DNA from: Heptranchias perlo
Taxonomy: Eukaryota
DNA: 64,000 nt
Assembly (NCBI RefSeq): GCF_035084215.1
Contig: NC_090370.1
Location: 6,014,001-6,078,000, forward strand
Reading direction: 5' to 3'
The notes under the pieces were generated by a model, which saw nothing but the letters and a program-made list of their open reading frames with translations, was not told where the DNA came from and ran no database searches. Each line of letters starts with the position of its first letter. Within the stretch, counting starts at the first letter, position 1. Positions 11,371 to 23,500 of this stretch are shown here, in pieces. The translations under genes were made by a program, and so were the position numbers.

Positions 11371-14339
11371 AACCTACCAAACTGGACATATATCGCCGTT
11401 CCTTCATCATCGCTGGGTCAAAATCCTGGAACTCCTAATGGTCTTTGCTGGTTCCTAAAAATTCTTAAAACGCATGTTAGAGGAGATCAGCACACTGTGT
11501 ATAAAGTCTACTCTGAATTCAAAAATGCTTAATTCAAATTATCGGATAATTCAATTTGTTGGCGCAGCAATTGATTGTATTACCGGTGGACCCAATAGAC
11601 ATATATAATGTATATAACAGCACTGCGGGATTACCTTCACCACATGGACTACAGCGGTTCAAAAAGGCGGCTCACCACCACCTTCTCAAGGGCAATTAGG
11701 GATGGGCAATAAATGCTGGTTTTGATAGTGATACCCATATCCCCAGAATGATTTTTTTTAAATGTTGATAGTCAAAAGCCTAGAATCTATGTCATGCCTG
11801 CAGCAGATATCCAAGGGTGGGGCCTTGCCATTTTATTCAAATACAAGCATCTTGTGGGTTTTATTTGGCAACTCTTTTCGAGTCTGAAGCCCCGATTTTA
11901 ACTCTCGGCACGTTTGGGGCAGGCAGGGTGCAGGGCAGGAGGGAAACTCCTGCAGTGAGTTGAACGTGAGGCCTGAGCTATTTTAACTCCCAGGCCTCAT
12001 TTGAATTTGGCAGAACTGTCTCCCGCCCAAAACCAGCTGGAGTGATGCCAGGGCCGGTGGGCAGGAGTGGGAATTCAAAATGGGCACGTGTGAATCTAGA
12101 CAGTGAATGTTGGTGCACTATTCAACTGCAGGGATCATCACAGCCAAGCCAAATCTTGTCCTTGCCTGACACCCACACACATGGAATTCCAGTAACTAAT
12201 AGTGATCAGGACTGGAAACCATGGTTGGCTTAACCCTTCCCTAGCCCAGGGACACTGAGTTCAATTGTAGCAGCCCCGCCCCCTGCCTGGGCTAAATTCC
12301 ACACAGACTAGGGATCAAATTTAGCCTAATACCACATCAGGTGATGCACTTACCCACTGATCCATTGGGAGAACTGTAGGGCTTCATAATTTTGATGTAA
12401 CATTTTCCTGTGAATTACTCCAACTCAACTTGAACAAAAAACTCTGTAAACAGAAAAAATAAATGGGAATAGTTACCACACAAATCAATTCCACTGAGTA
12501 CTGCTGTCTAACAGTGCATCAAATCTCTATTAAAAAAGCAAACATGATTGAATAGATTGATAAGTAATTTAATCCCAGACATGTTACATTGTGCACTATG
12601 TTTATAAAGCAGTCAGAATGAAGACAGTTTTATAGCATTTATTTAGCTTCAACCACCTAATCAGAATCCTGTTGCTAAGAGGAGCCTCAGATGTTGCCCT
12701 CCAAGGACTAGTAGATGTATCTCAGAGCCTGTTCTGTTGGCAGCATCCAAAGCAAAATAGTTGACAAAGGCAAAAAACTGCTCTTAACTCAACTCAGAGT
12801 GGGACTGTTTGTATGGGGTGATTTGGTAGCAAATTGTGGTCAATGCTTAAGCAGTTTAGAGAGGCAAGTTTGTAAAGAAAGTCAAAAGAATCACACGGGG
12901 GGGGGGGGGGTGTATTTACTGACTGAACCATTGGGAGAACTGTGGGGCTCCAATTGACAGAAATTGATGCTTTTTTAATAACGTTATGCTTAGTATCTCT
13001 AATAGTGGTGGTTTGTATCCACAGGAAGGGGGAAGTCGAGTGACCCTGAAAACTACAGAGGAATCTCTCTTGTAGCAGTGGTTCTTTGGGTTGTCCTGGC
13101 ACACGTATCACATGCTTTGGAGGGCCGAGGGACGCTGCTAGCGATCAGGCCACTGCGATGCTAGCAGCGGCCCTCAGTTAAGTGAGGAAGGGGGGGCGAC
13201 CGATGGTCAAGGAGGGTGTTCGCTAGGTGGGGGGGGGGTTCGCTAGGTGGGGGAATGATCATTGGCTTGGGGGGGAGGGGGAAGAGATCAGGCCCTGGGC
13301 CTGGGGGGGGTTTGGGGGATGAATCGATGGCCGGTTGGGGGAGGGGGATGGGGGGGAGAGATCGGTAGCCGATCCTGCTCCTCCCGGCTCCACCGTATGT
13401 AAGTATGGGGGCCCTCCTGCCACGTTGTGCTGTGCGAGTTCAGCATGTGGTGAGTGAAGCACTGGGTTTGATCGAAAATTGAGAAGCGTAGGAGCCGAAA
13501 TTTAATACATTATTTCTACCTATAAATATTCCTGACATGCTCTCCTGACATCAGCGCAACCACCTTATCCAATATGGCGTGTGGCGCACTTCCAGTCGAA
13601 AATGTGCGCATGCTTCCTGCCTATCATATTGGGGGCTTAGGAGACCGTTTATCACCCAAATAACAGGCACTGGGTCTACCTGCAGGTTAAGTTATGACAA
13701 GCTCGTGTCCCACTGCCCTCTCGGTGTGACTATTTGTTTTGTAAAGCTATTGGGTTTTGGTTTTCACAGAAAAACAGACCAATAATGGCATGTGATCCCC
13801 AAACACTGGAATCATAGTTAATGAAAACAGAATTTAATTTATTCCATTACATAGGCTGCTTTTTGAATTGTCAGTTTTTTTTTCAGAGCTGTAATATTTT
13901 TTGAAGCTGTTTGACAGCTTTTGCTAGTTTTCTACGTTGTGATTTTATCTCAGTCTTATCATTTGCTCAATGTTGACAGCTCCTCAGTTTCTGGTGCTAT
14001 TATTTCACACGATTTTGCCAAATATTTTCCCGAGGAATATAATACAAAATTATTTGCTGCTTTTTTCTTACCCTAAATGTCACTTTTTAAAAAAATGTGA
14101 TTTGGGTTTAATTGAAGTTTTCTCACCATGGATTTCCTTTAATAATCCAAATTGTACAATTGGTTTTGCACAAAAAAAAGATTTAAATACATTCGCATAT
14201 TGGATTATCTATAACATCAATTTAGATTGTAATTTTTCATCTGGGCTGATTAAAGATGACCTCGAAAAATATATTTTTAAAACACACCGCTGCCCATTAC
14301 CTCCAGTCCGAAATGTGTCGTTGTTGAAGGGGGAATTGA

Positions 14340-14780
14340 GACACCATCTTGCCTCCAACTCGTTGGTGGCGGTTGCTATGGGCACTGAGCGACCGAGCGG
14401 TTGCTAGGTTACCGCAAGAAAGCAGGAGAGGGCCGTGCCCGCGGTGCTTCAGAAGGAGCGAAGAAAGAAGAGATCGAGGGGCGGTGAGAAACAGCGAGAT
14501 AATGCGCGGAGTCACTTGTCCACAGCGCACAGGCCGAGCTCCCGGGTGACGAAGGGAGATGTCCCCCGGAGCTAGGCCCGCAGAGTAGGGGACTGGCTGT
14601 GCAGGAAGCTGAGGCGTTGTTAGGAGGAGGATGAGGATGGTGATGATAGTGAGAGTCACACGGGGCGGACCAGAAAAATGTACACTTGAGACCAAAAGGC
14701 CAGTTTTTATATTGAAGATTCCCCCTTTCCCTCCCCATTTACTTTCGTGGAATCGCGTCGTGTCTTCTACGGACCAAACG
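14340..14780 (+). promoter_or_regulatory. CpG-rich putative CCDC65 promoter with two RFX X-box-like sites
   Basis: Local CpG/GC enrichment; GTTGCTATGGGCAC (14372-14385) and GTTGCTAGGTTAC (14400-14412). RFX control of motile-cilia genes is established; use of this site is inferred. Confidence 0.6.
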
Positions 14781-15080
14781 GAGATAGTGACGCTCTCTTG
14801 ACATTCCTGTGATCGCAGGTTTCTGGGATTTGCTGCACTTTACTGACACACTCTTTGATATATCATATTCTGGCTCCAGCCAGAATTCTACCATTATAAT
14901 ATCTGGTTGTCCATTTGGCAAAAGGTGGCCATCTGAGGCATTGTCTCCTTTGAACTTGCTATGGAAAAAAAGGAGGCTTGCATTTACGCGTAGCAAAATT
15001 AATTACTTTAAAACGACTTCTTATGTAGGGGAACATGTCTGTGGGCACAGTAGCCTAGTGTTTATGGTGCTGGACTAATA

Positions 15081-16526
15081 GAATCATAGAAGTTTACAAC
15101 ATGGAAACAGGCCCTTCGGCCCAACATGTCCATGTCGCCCAGTTTGTACCACTAAGCTAGTCCCAATTGCCTGCACTTGGCCCATATCCCTCTCTACCCA
15201 TCTTACCCATGTAACTGTCCAAATGCTTTTTAAAAGACAAAATTGTACCCGCCTCTACTACTGCCTCTGGCAGCTCGTTCCAGACACTCACCACCCTTTG
15301 AGTGAAAAAATTGGACCCTTTTGTATCTCTCCCCTCTCACCTTAAATCTATGCCCCCCCCGTTATAGACTCCCCTACCTTTGGGAAAAGATTTTGACTAT
15401 CTACCTTATCTAAGCCCCTCATTATTTTATAATTGTAAACAATTTTACAACACCAAGTTATAACTCTCCAAATGCCTGTAGATCCTGTCTCTCAGAATAC
15501 CCTCTAACAACTTACCCACGACAGATGTCAGGCTCACCGCGGTGTCTGTAGTTCCCAGGCTTTTCCCTGCCGCCCTTCTTAAACAAAGGCACAACATTTG
15601 CTACCCTCCAATCTTCAGGCACCTCACCTGTAGCTGTTGATGATTCAAATATCTCTGCTAGGGGACCCGCAATTTCCTCCCTAACCTCCCATAACGTCCT
15701 GGGATACATTTCATCAGGTCCCGGAGATTTATCTACCTTCCAGCACCTCCCTCTCTGTAATATGTACACTCCTCAAGACATCACTATTTATTTCCCCAAG
15801 TTCCCTAACATCCATGCCTTTCTCAACCGTAAATACCGATGCGAAATATTCATTTAGGATCTCACCCATTTCTTGTGGTTCCGCACATAGATGACCTTGT
15901 TGATCCTTAAGAGGCCCTACTCTCACCCTAGTTACTCTTTTGCCCTTTATGTATTTGTAGAAGCTCTTTGGATTCTCCTTTGCCTTATCTGTCAAAGCAA
16001 TCTCATGTCCCCTTTTTGCCCTCCTGATTTCTCTCTTAACTCTACTCCGGCAATCTCTATACTCTTCAAGGGATCCGCTTGATCCCAGCTGCCTATGCAT
16101 GTCATATGCCTCCTTCTTCTTTTTGACTAGGGCCACAATCTCCCGAGTCATCCAAGGTTCCCTGCTTCTACCAGCCTTGCCCTTCACTTTATAAGGAATG
16201 TGCTTACCCTGAACCCTGGTTAACACACTTTTGAAAGCCTCCCACTTACCAGACATCCCTTTGCCTGCCAACGGACTCTCCCAATCAACTTCTGAAAGTT
16301 CCTGTCTAATACCATCAAAATTGGCCTTTCCCCAATTTAGAATTTTAACTTTTGGGCCAGACCTATCATTCTCCATAGCTATCTTAAAACTAATGGAATT
16401 ATGATCACTGGTCCCAAAGTGATCCCTCACTAACACTTCTGTCACCTGCCCTTCCTTATTTCCCAAGAGGAGGTCAAGTTTTGCCCCCTCTCTAGTCGGG
16501 CCATCCACATACTGAATGAGAAATTC
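15081..16526 (-). mobile_element. CR1-type LINE with internal RT deletion, inserted into a tRNA-derived SINE
   Basis: ORF 15729..16508 (PTREGAKLDLLL...SDHN) and KSPGPD...PGNYRP; ctaata duplicated at 15075-15080 and 16527-16532; SINE head ~15045-15074 resumes at ~16533-16800. Confidence 0.88.
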
Positions 16527-17513
16527 CTAATAATATAGAGGTCCTGAGTTCATGGAAATTGAACTCAGCACATCTGTTAATTTGTGGGCTGGCACTAGGG
16601 AGATAACCATGAAAGTTGCTGGGTTGCTGTAAAAACCCAACTAGTTCACCAATGTCCTTCAGGGAAGGAACCTGCCACCCCTACCTTGTCTGGCCTACTT
16701 GTGACTCCAGTCCCACATGACGTGGTTGAATTTTAATGCCCTCAGGGCAACGAGGACTGGGCAATAAATACTGCCTTGCCATTGTTGCACACATTCCAAG
16801 AGCAAATTTTAAAAAAAATTATTTTGCCGCAGCACGGGCCCACAAACAGCAATGACCAGTTTATCTGTCTTTGGTAGAATGCTGTCAATCTTCCCTAGAG
16901 AGAGTGAGTCACTTATAGCTATAAACATACACATTTCTCTCTCAGACATGTATGCATACAATTTATTTATCTACTGATAGATTGCTCATGGAAAGTAAAA
17001 TGGTTTATAAGGACAAGAAAGCTGGGGAATCCTCAATTATTTCTTGAGATGGGGTTGAGTCAGGGTGCTGGCTGCAGGGGCTCAAGATGGTGGTGAAGGC
17101 TGTTGCTAAAAGAAACCAGGAGAAGCTTGAGATTGAGCAGGTGAGCTGGAGAGCAAGAAGCGCAGTGCTTTGGAGACCAGAGCTGGGAGGGCTCAATCAA
17201 AGGTAAGTATAAATATAGTTTAGATGTGACCAAAATAGCTATTACAAGTGCATGTTACAAGATATACAAAACATGTATTATAGGTTATAATAATAAAGAT
17301 CAGCCATGTTATAAAATGGTCCTTGGAAGCCATTTTTTGTTGTTGCATATTCTAAAGTGTTTTCGTGACAAAGTTGAAAAGGTCAGAAGCCAAGGTCCAA
17401 TACCCTTATTTATAATAGATTGCATTCTAATGGAGAGCCTTATATGGGTGGGCGCATGCTTTTTCACATTGGTGATATGCAAATTTCTTTAGGAGTCTAC
17501 AGATTGAATCACC

Positions 17514-20500
17514 ATGCCGAAGAAAGGGAGTAAAAAAATGGCCAAAATGACCGAGGAGGAGCGACTGCTATTCATGCAGCAGAAAATGCTGGAGGAAGAA
17601 GAGATGCAAAAAAAGAAAGAGGACATGCTGAGTCAATTCTTAAAGGTACTTCTCTGTTTCAAATCTAAATGTTTTTCTTAAGTGTGGTTGGGCAATCTTT
17701 GTGAGCTTTTGATTCTTTTGAGGAGGGATAGTTAAGTCTGTTTACACTGTGGATGTGCAGTATGTCACTGCTTCTGTTCATTTATCCATTTGTTGTTTAA
17801 GAAATCTATTTGGTAGATTATAGCCTAACCCAAGGTGTAGTGAAATGTAGATTCTACCATCTTTTTGAAGTCAAGGAAGATCACATGGAAGTACACGTTA
17901 TAACTAGCAGCTGAAACACAGTAACAAAGGTTTTCTGTTTGATCTCCTGGAAGCTTACTATGAATCACCTTGATATTGGGCAGGAAAAGGCACACTCTGG
18001 GTCGTAGGAAGTGAGGACTTACATATGGGAGTTGTCTGGGACACTGAACCCAAGAAAAATATCTAGAGTAAAACCCCAAAACATAACACCATCCTCGTTA
18101 GGAATTTGGTTGGAATCGCCCAATTCCTTTCATGTAATTACAACCAGTTCTTATCAACTAACCTGTTTATAAAAGAAGTTGTAGTAAAGGTATTCATATT
18201 TATTTTAAAGAAGTTGCATTATAATTATTTAGTTATTTTCTACTGCCTCTTTCATTCTCTCTGCATTGCACAGCACTCCCCAGTGGAGCTGTCAGGAGGC
18301 AACCTATTTCCAGGCATGTGCCAAGCTTTGTAACCTATTACCTTAGGTAGACACTTCTGGTACTTTAAATTGACCCAGGAAAACAATGTTTTCATTTCTT
18401 TTTGTGGAGAAGTGCTTGACCTCCACTAAATACCTCTGCTGAGTGACATGACTGAGTCTCAATTTGCCACGAGGGGAAATCATGAGGATGATGTTCACAT
18501 TCTGAAAATGTTAATATTTCTTTTTAGGGTATGGTAACGAGTCCTGTGTATTGAGGAGCTCAGAGTGATTTTCTGTAATGCCGTAGCAGTGATATGTTGT
18601 GTTTTCTTGTTGTATTGAGGGGTGGGTTCTCAGTGATTAAGTCCTATTTGCTTGTTATTCCAATAACTGTAATTCAATCTCCTATGGCATTACTCACAAC
18701 TAAAAATAAAAATGTATGTCTCCACCTTGTCTCTGCTTATCTCATATTATCTATTTTTTTACATTTCTCTTCCTCTCTTGCTGTTTATGTTCTCTTTCTC
18801 AGTGTGGTTCTTGCACACTTGAAGAAGGGCTGACTGTTGCTGTAGAGGGGTAGTTTTTTTATTCGTTCATGGGATGTGGGCATTGTTGGCGAGGCCAGCA
18901 TTTATTGCCCATCCCTAATTGCCCTTGAGAAGGTGGTGGTGAGCTGCCGCCTTAAACCGCTGCAGTCCATATGGTGAAGGTTCTCCCACAGTGCTGTTAG
19001 GAAGGGAGTTCCAGGATTTTGAACCAGCGACGATGAAGGAACGGTGATATATTTCCAAGTCGGGATGGTGTGTGACTTGGAGGTGAACATGCAGGTGGTG
19101 TTGTTCCCATGTACCTGCTGCTCTTGTCCTTCTAGGTGGTAGGGGTTGCGGGTTTGGGAGGTGCTGTCGAAGAAGCCTTGGCAAGTTGCTGCAGTGCATC
19201 CTGTGGATGGTATACACTGCAGCCACAGTGCGCCGGTGGTGAAGGGAATGAATGTTTAAGGTGGTGGATGGGCTGCTTTGTCCTGGATGGTGTCAAGCTT
19301 CTTGATTGTTGTTGGAGCTGCACTCATCCAGGCAAGTGGAGAGTATTCCATCACACTCCTGACTTGTGCCTTGTCGATGGTGGAAAAACTTTGGGGAGTC
19401 AGGAGCTGAGTCACTCGCCGCAGAATACCCAGCCTCTGACCTGCTCTTGTAGCCACAGTATTTATATGGCTGGTCCAGTTAAGTTTCTGGTCAATGGGGA
19501 TCCCCAGGATGTTGATGGTGGGGGATTCGGCGATGGTAATGCCGTTGAACGTCAAGGGGAGGTGGTTAGACTCTCTCTTGTTGGAGATGGTCATTGCCTG
19601 GCACTTGTCTGGCGCGAATGTTACTTGCCACTTATGAGCCCAAGCCTGGATGTTGTCCAGGTCTTGCTGCATGCGGGCACGGACTGCTTCATTATCTGAG
19701 GGGTTGCATGGTCAGAGGCCCTGCTGAGTCACTTTGTGTCTCCAACCTCACGGGGCCACCATTTATTATTTATGAGGTATAAACTGAAAATTGCAATCCA
19801 GAATAGAGATGGTTGCTAGTCTTTTCTTAGACTGCTGAAAAAATGTCATTGCCTTGTGAAAGATGCCGAAGAGAAATTCCTTTGTTTGAAGTTATTCGCT
19901 GGGGAGGGTAAGCCCGAGGTCATGGAGTGAGTGAAAATGCTCCTGAATATTCTCGCTGAGACCAAGAAGGATTACATTCATTGATGAAGGCAGGCCTGAG
20001 AAAAGAAAAGCATAACTTGTATATAGCACCTCCTATGCCCAAATCGCTTCGCAGCCAATGAATTAGTCTTGAAGTGCAGCCACCATTGTTGTGTAGATAG
20101 ATGCGGCAGCCAATCTGTGACGAGGAATGTTCCATAAACAGCAATGAGATGAATGACCTTTTGCTGGTGGTGTTGGTTGAGGGAGAACTGTTGGCCAAGA
20201 CACTGGGGAGAGCTCCCTGCTCTTCAAATAGTGCCATTGGCTATTTTATGTCCACCTAAAGAGGGCCTCAGTTGAATTGAATGTCTTATCTAAAAGAGGG
20301 CAGAAGATGCAAACTTCTGATTCAGAGGCAACAGTGCTATGAACTCAGCCAAGCTGATACAAACTGAGGTTGCGGAGTAAATGTAAGTGCTGCTTAGATT
20401 GCACTCGTCAGGCTAAAGAGTGTACGTGTGCAAGCCAGATCGAGAGGCCAGTGATGAGACCAAGAGGGAAAACTGATGAGAATAGTGCAAGTTGCAGCAA

Positions 20501-23500
20501 CAGAGCATCATGCAATTCTGAGCCACTATGAGAGTAGCAGGCCTGGGACAGTAAGTGGTGGAGCACCTGAAGCCTGGGAGATTCATGGAAGGAAAGGAGT
20601 GAGAGGGATGTCCAGGAATGACCTTCAGGATACTGCTCAGAATTAAAGAGTAACTGATGGGGAGGGGGAGAAGAACTGCTACAGTGGCCAAAAACTGGTT
20701 GAACGTTTTTTGCCCAACAGTTTTGTTTAGATTTTGTCAAAAATAGTATCTAAGAAATAAATTCTTATTTAATTGATTTTTTTTAAAAACAGTTTTGGTT
20801 TTCTGAAATGAATGAGAATGCATGAATGTGACACTTGAACATTGCTTTCAACGAATCAGAATGCACAAAAGTAATGCTTTGGAGATATATGGAGTTAAGT
20901 CACCAAATGCAAAGGTTTTTATTGGACAGATATTCCTGATACTTTTGCTGCTGAGGAAAGTGATAATTCACACTAGTGGTGTTAAAAACAATGCTACAGC
21001 AGCACTGAGTAGGGAGACATGACAACGGAGGATATATTTTCTTGATCAATGGACCTCCCTCTCCCCCCCTCAGGAATGTGATTTAAATATGTTTATCACC
21101 CTCTCCTGGACAACCTTTCAATTTAATAGGGACTCCAGACATGGCTATTCTTCGGCATCTTCTAAAGGTCAGCTGAAAAGTGGCACGAGTGGAGACCTGG
21201 TAACATATCCGCCTCTTAGCTGCAAGTGGCAGGTGGTAGGTGGGCTGTAGAGAAAATAGAGGGACTAAATTCTCTCAGGAAAAAACAAGAACCTAGAAAA
21301 GTGGCCTCCCCAATGGCTCGCAAACCAGCCAAACCAACCAGGAAGATTCCAAGTTCCATTGCTGGTCAGTGCAGAGTTATCCGATCTCAGCCAGCATAGC
21401 AATGGGAATGTTACAGTTTGTCTGCATGTTCCTGAGTTGGGGGAAACCAGCCTGGCGTCTCACTCCTGATCACCATCTAGTAACCCTTGCTGAAAAGTAT
21501 GCATCAGTAGATGGTCGGTGAGGACAGAATTGGGCTGGACTGTGATGTTCCCCACCCAAACCACCACCACTGTCAAATACCCTGCCAGCATTCACTCTGT
21601 GGAATCCGATATGAAGACTGGTTGTTTCAGCAAGCTGCAGGAAGGCTGCATGACTCCTTAACTTTAGGTAAGGAGGGGGTGGGGAATATAAAATGAAATC
21701 CTTAGTTGTAGGTCTGTTGGATTCATTATAAATCATTGCAACACATTATAACTACGGTATCCAACATAATATACCTTTGCATTTTTTGAAATTAATCAAT
21801 TTTTATCCATGTTGGATATAATTGTTATTTTCCTACATGTTTACAGATCTAGGTTAATACGATTAGCCATCCTGTTTGCTCCATCGGTGTCCTACAGTAC
21901 TTTGAAAACTATATGTTCATGTATGCATTTAATTTATTCTGAGCTCTTTGTTGTGGTTTGTAAATCAATCTAGGGATTAACTGGTGCTGAAGAAACATAG
22001 GGGCCACTTCCACCTTTTGTAATGTGCCATCTGTTATTGTGATCTGTTACTGGGAAAAATATATTGCTTTACAGGATTGACCACATGATGCCCTTTACCT
22101 CTGAATCCTACACAGTATTGCAAATGTCAGGTTACTGGAAACAGTTTGATTATTAATAAAGACAGTGACTTGGATTGCAAACCCATTGAATAGACTTGAG
22201 TTACTGTTTTTATAGTTAAACACATGGAAATAGGTCATATGTTTTGCATAAAACAGTGACTATCACTAGAAATAAATGAGACTTAACAGATCTGATTCTG
22301 TGTCACTGTCATCTTGATTCCCATTTATTGTAAGTCTTGGTGCTTATAATAACACATTCAGTGTGCTATTGTAACCGGGAAGGAAAGCAGCAAAATTATT
22401 TTTTAAAGTATCAACACATTTAAGCCAAGCTCATAGGGAGCGCAGGTCGGAGAATTGGGGATGCAATGTTGTAGCCCTGTATCCGACCAGCACTCCTTTA
22501 GAGTGTGACTTCCTTGTTGGGAGCACAGAATTATTGAATTAACCCCATAAAATAACAAATGGCAGACAACGAGTTTAAAGAATTCAAGCCAACTTTCTCT
22601 TATCGGAAGCGTTTAATTAATTTGCAGATGTATAACAGCCTGCAATTTACATCTCATTATCCTGTATTTATTTCATGGTTTGACTATTGCACTTGTGGTG
22701 TGATTTACCTTGCTCTTTCTGCATAAACACCGGGTGTTCTTCCCCTACAGGATAAACTGTCCAAAGAAGAGCACAACACCCGTCTCAATACGCTAAAGCT
22801 AAATGAGAAGTGGCGCACCGTGATGCGGGAAGCAAAAGCCTCAGAACTACGGAAGGACATTGAGATCTTGAGTCAAACCTTTGAAAGAATTGTAGATCGG
22901 AAAGACAGTGTCATCAGGGTGAGAGGAGAAATTACCATTGTCCCAGAATTGTGTCATGAGATACAAATAGAACTTGAATAAGGCGAGAAAGTAGGACTGG
23001 GCACAAACATTTTCATTCCTCTTTAAGGAGACAGGCCAACTGCGAGCTGGACACTGCACAGACACAAACGTTTTTGCACTTCCTGTGAGCGTGGCTTCCT
23101 GCATTGGGTCATAGGATCGATCCTAATGTCTTGACAGTGTAGGAACTGTGTGCTTTTATGACCGTGTTATTTAACAATTCCTGCTCGATATTCTCTCATC
23201 TGTTGTGATGTGACACATAGGATCGTCAAATAATATTCAGATGTGTGAGCGATTATTTGGTGGATGAAGATTTAAATTTCCCAATAATACAATGTCTCAA
23301 GTTCATATCAACAGAAACCATGCTCAAAAGCAAAGGAGCTAATTTGTTAGGAAAAATCGATTAGCAGTGAAGTGAAGAATCTGCAGGGAGACTGCCTGCC
23401 GGTTAAAGTGAGATATTTCCATGCTCTCTGAGGCAGTGACGATGGCTATCATTCTCCATCGTCAGCATTCAGATTGATGGTGGCCACTAAATCCTCCGTT

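Noticed and set aside
13100-13640. GC-rich, G-run region as a CpG-island promoter or G-quadruplex element
   Set aside because: Composition resembles the Harbinger/MITE subterminal DNA at 41.6-41.8 kb; no linked exon.
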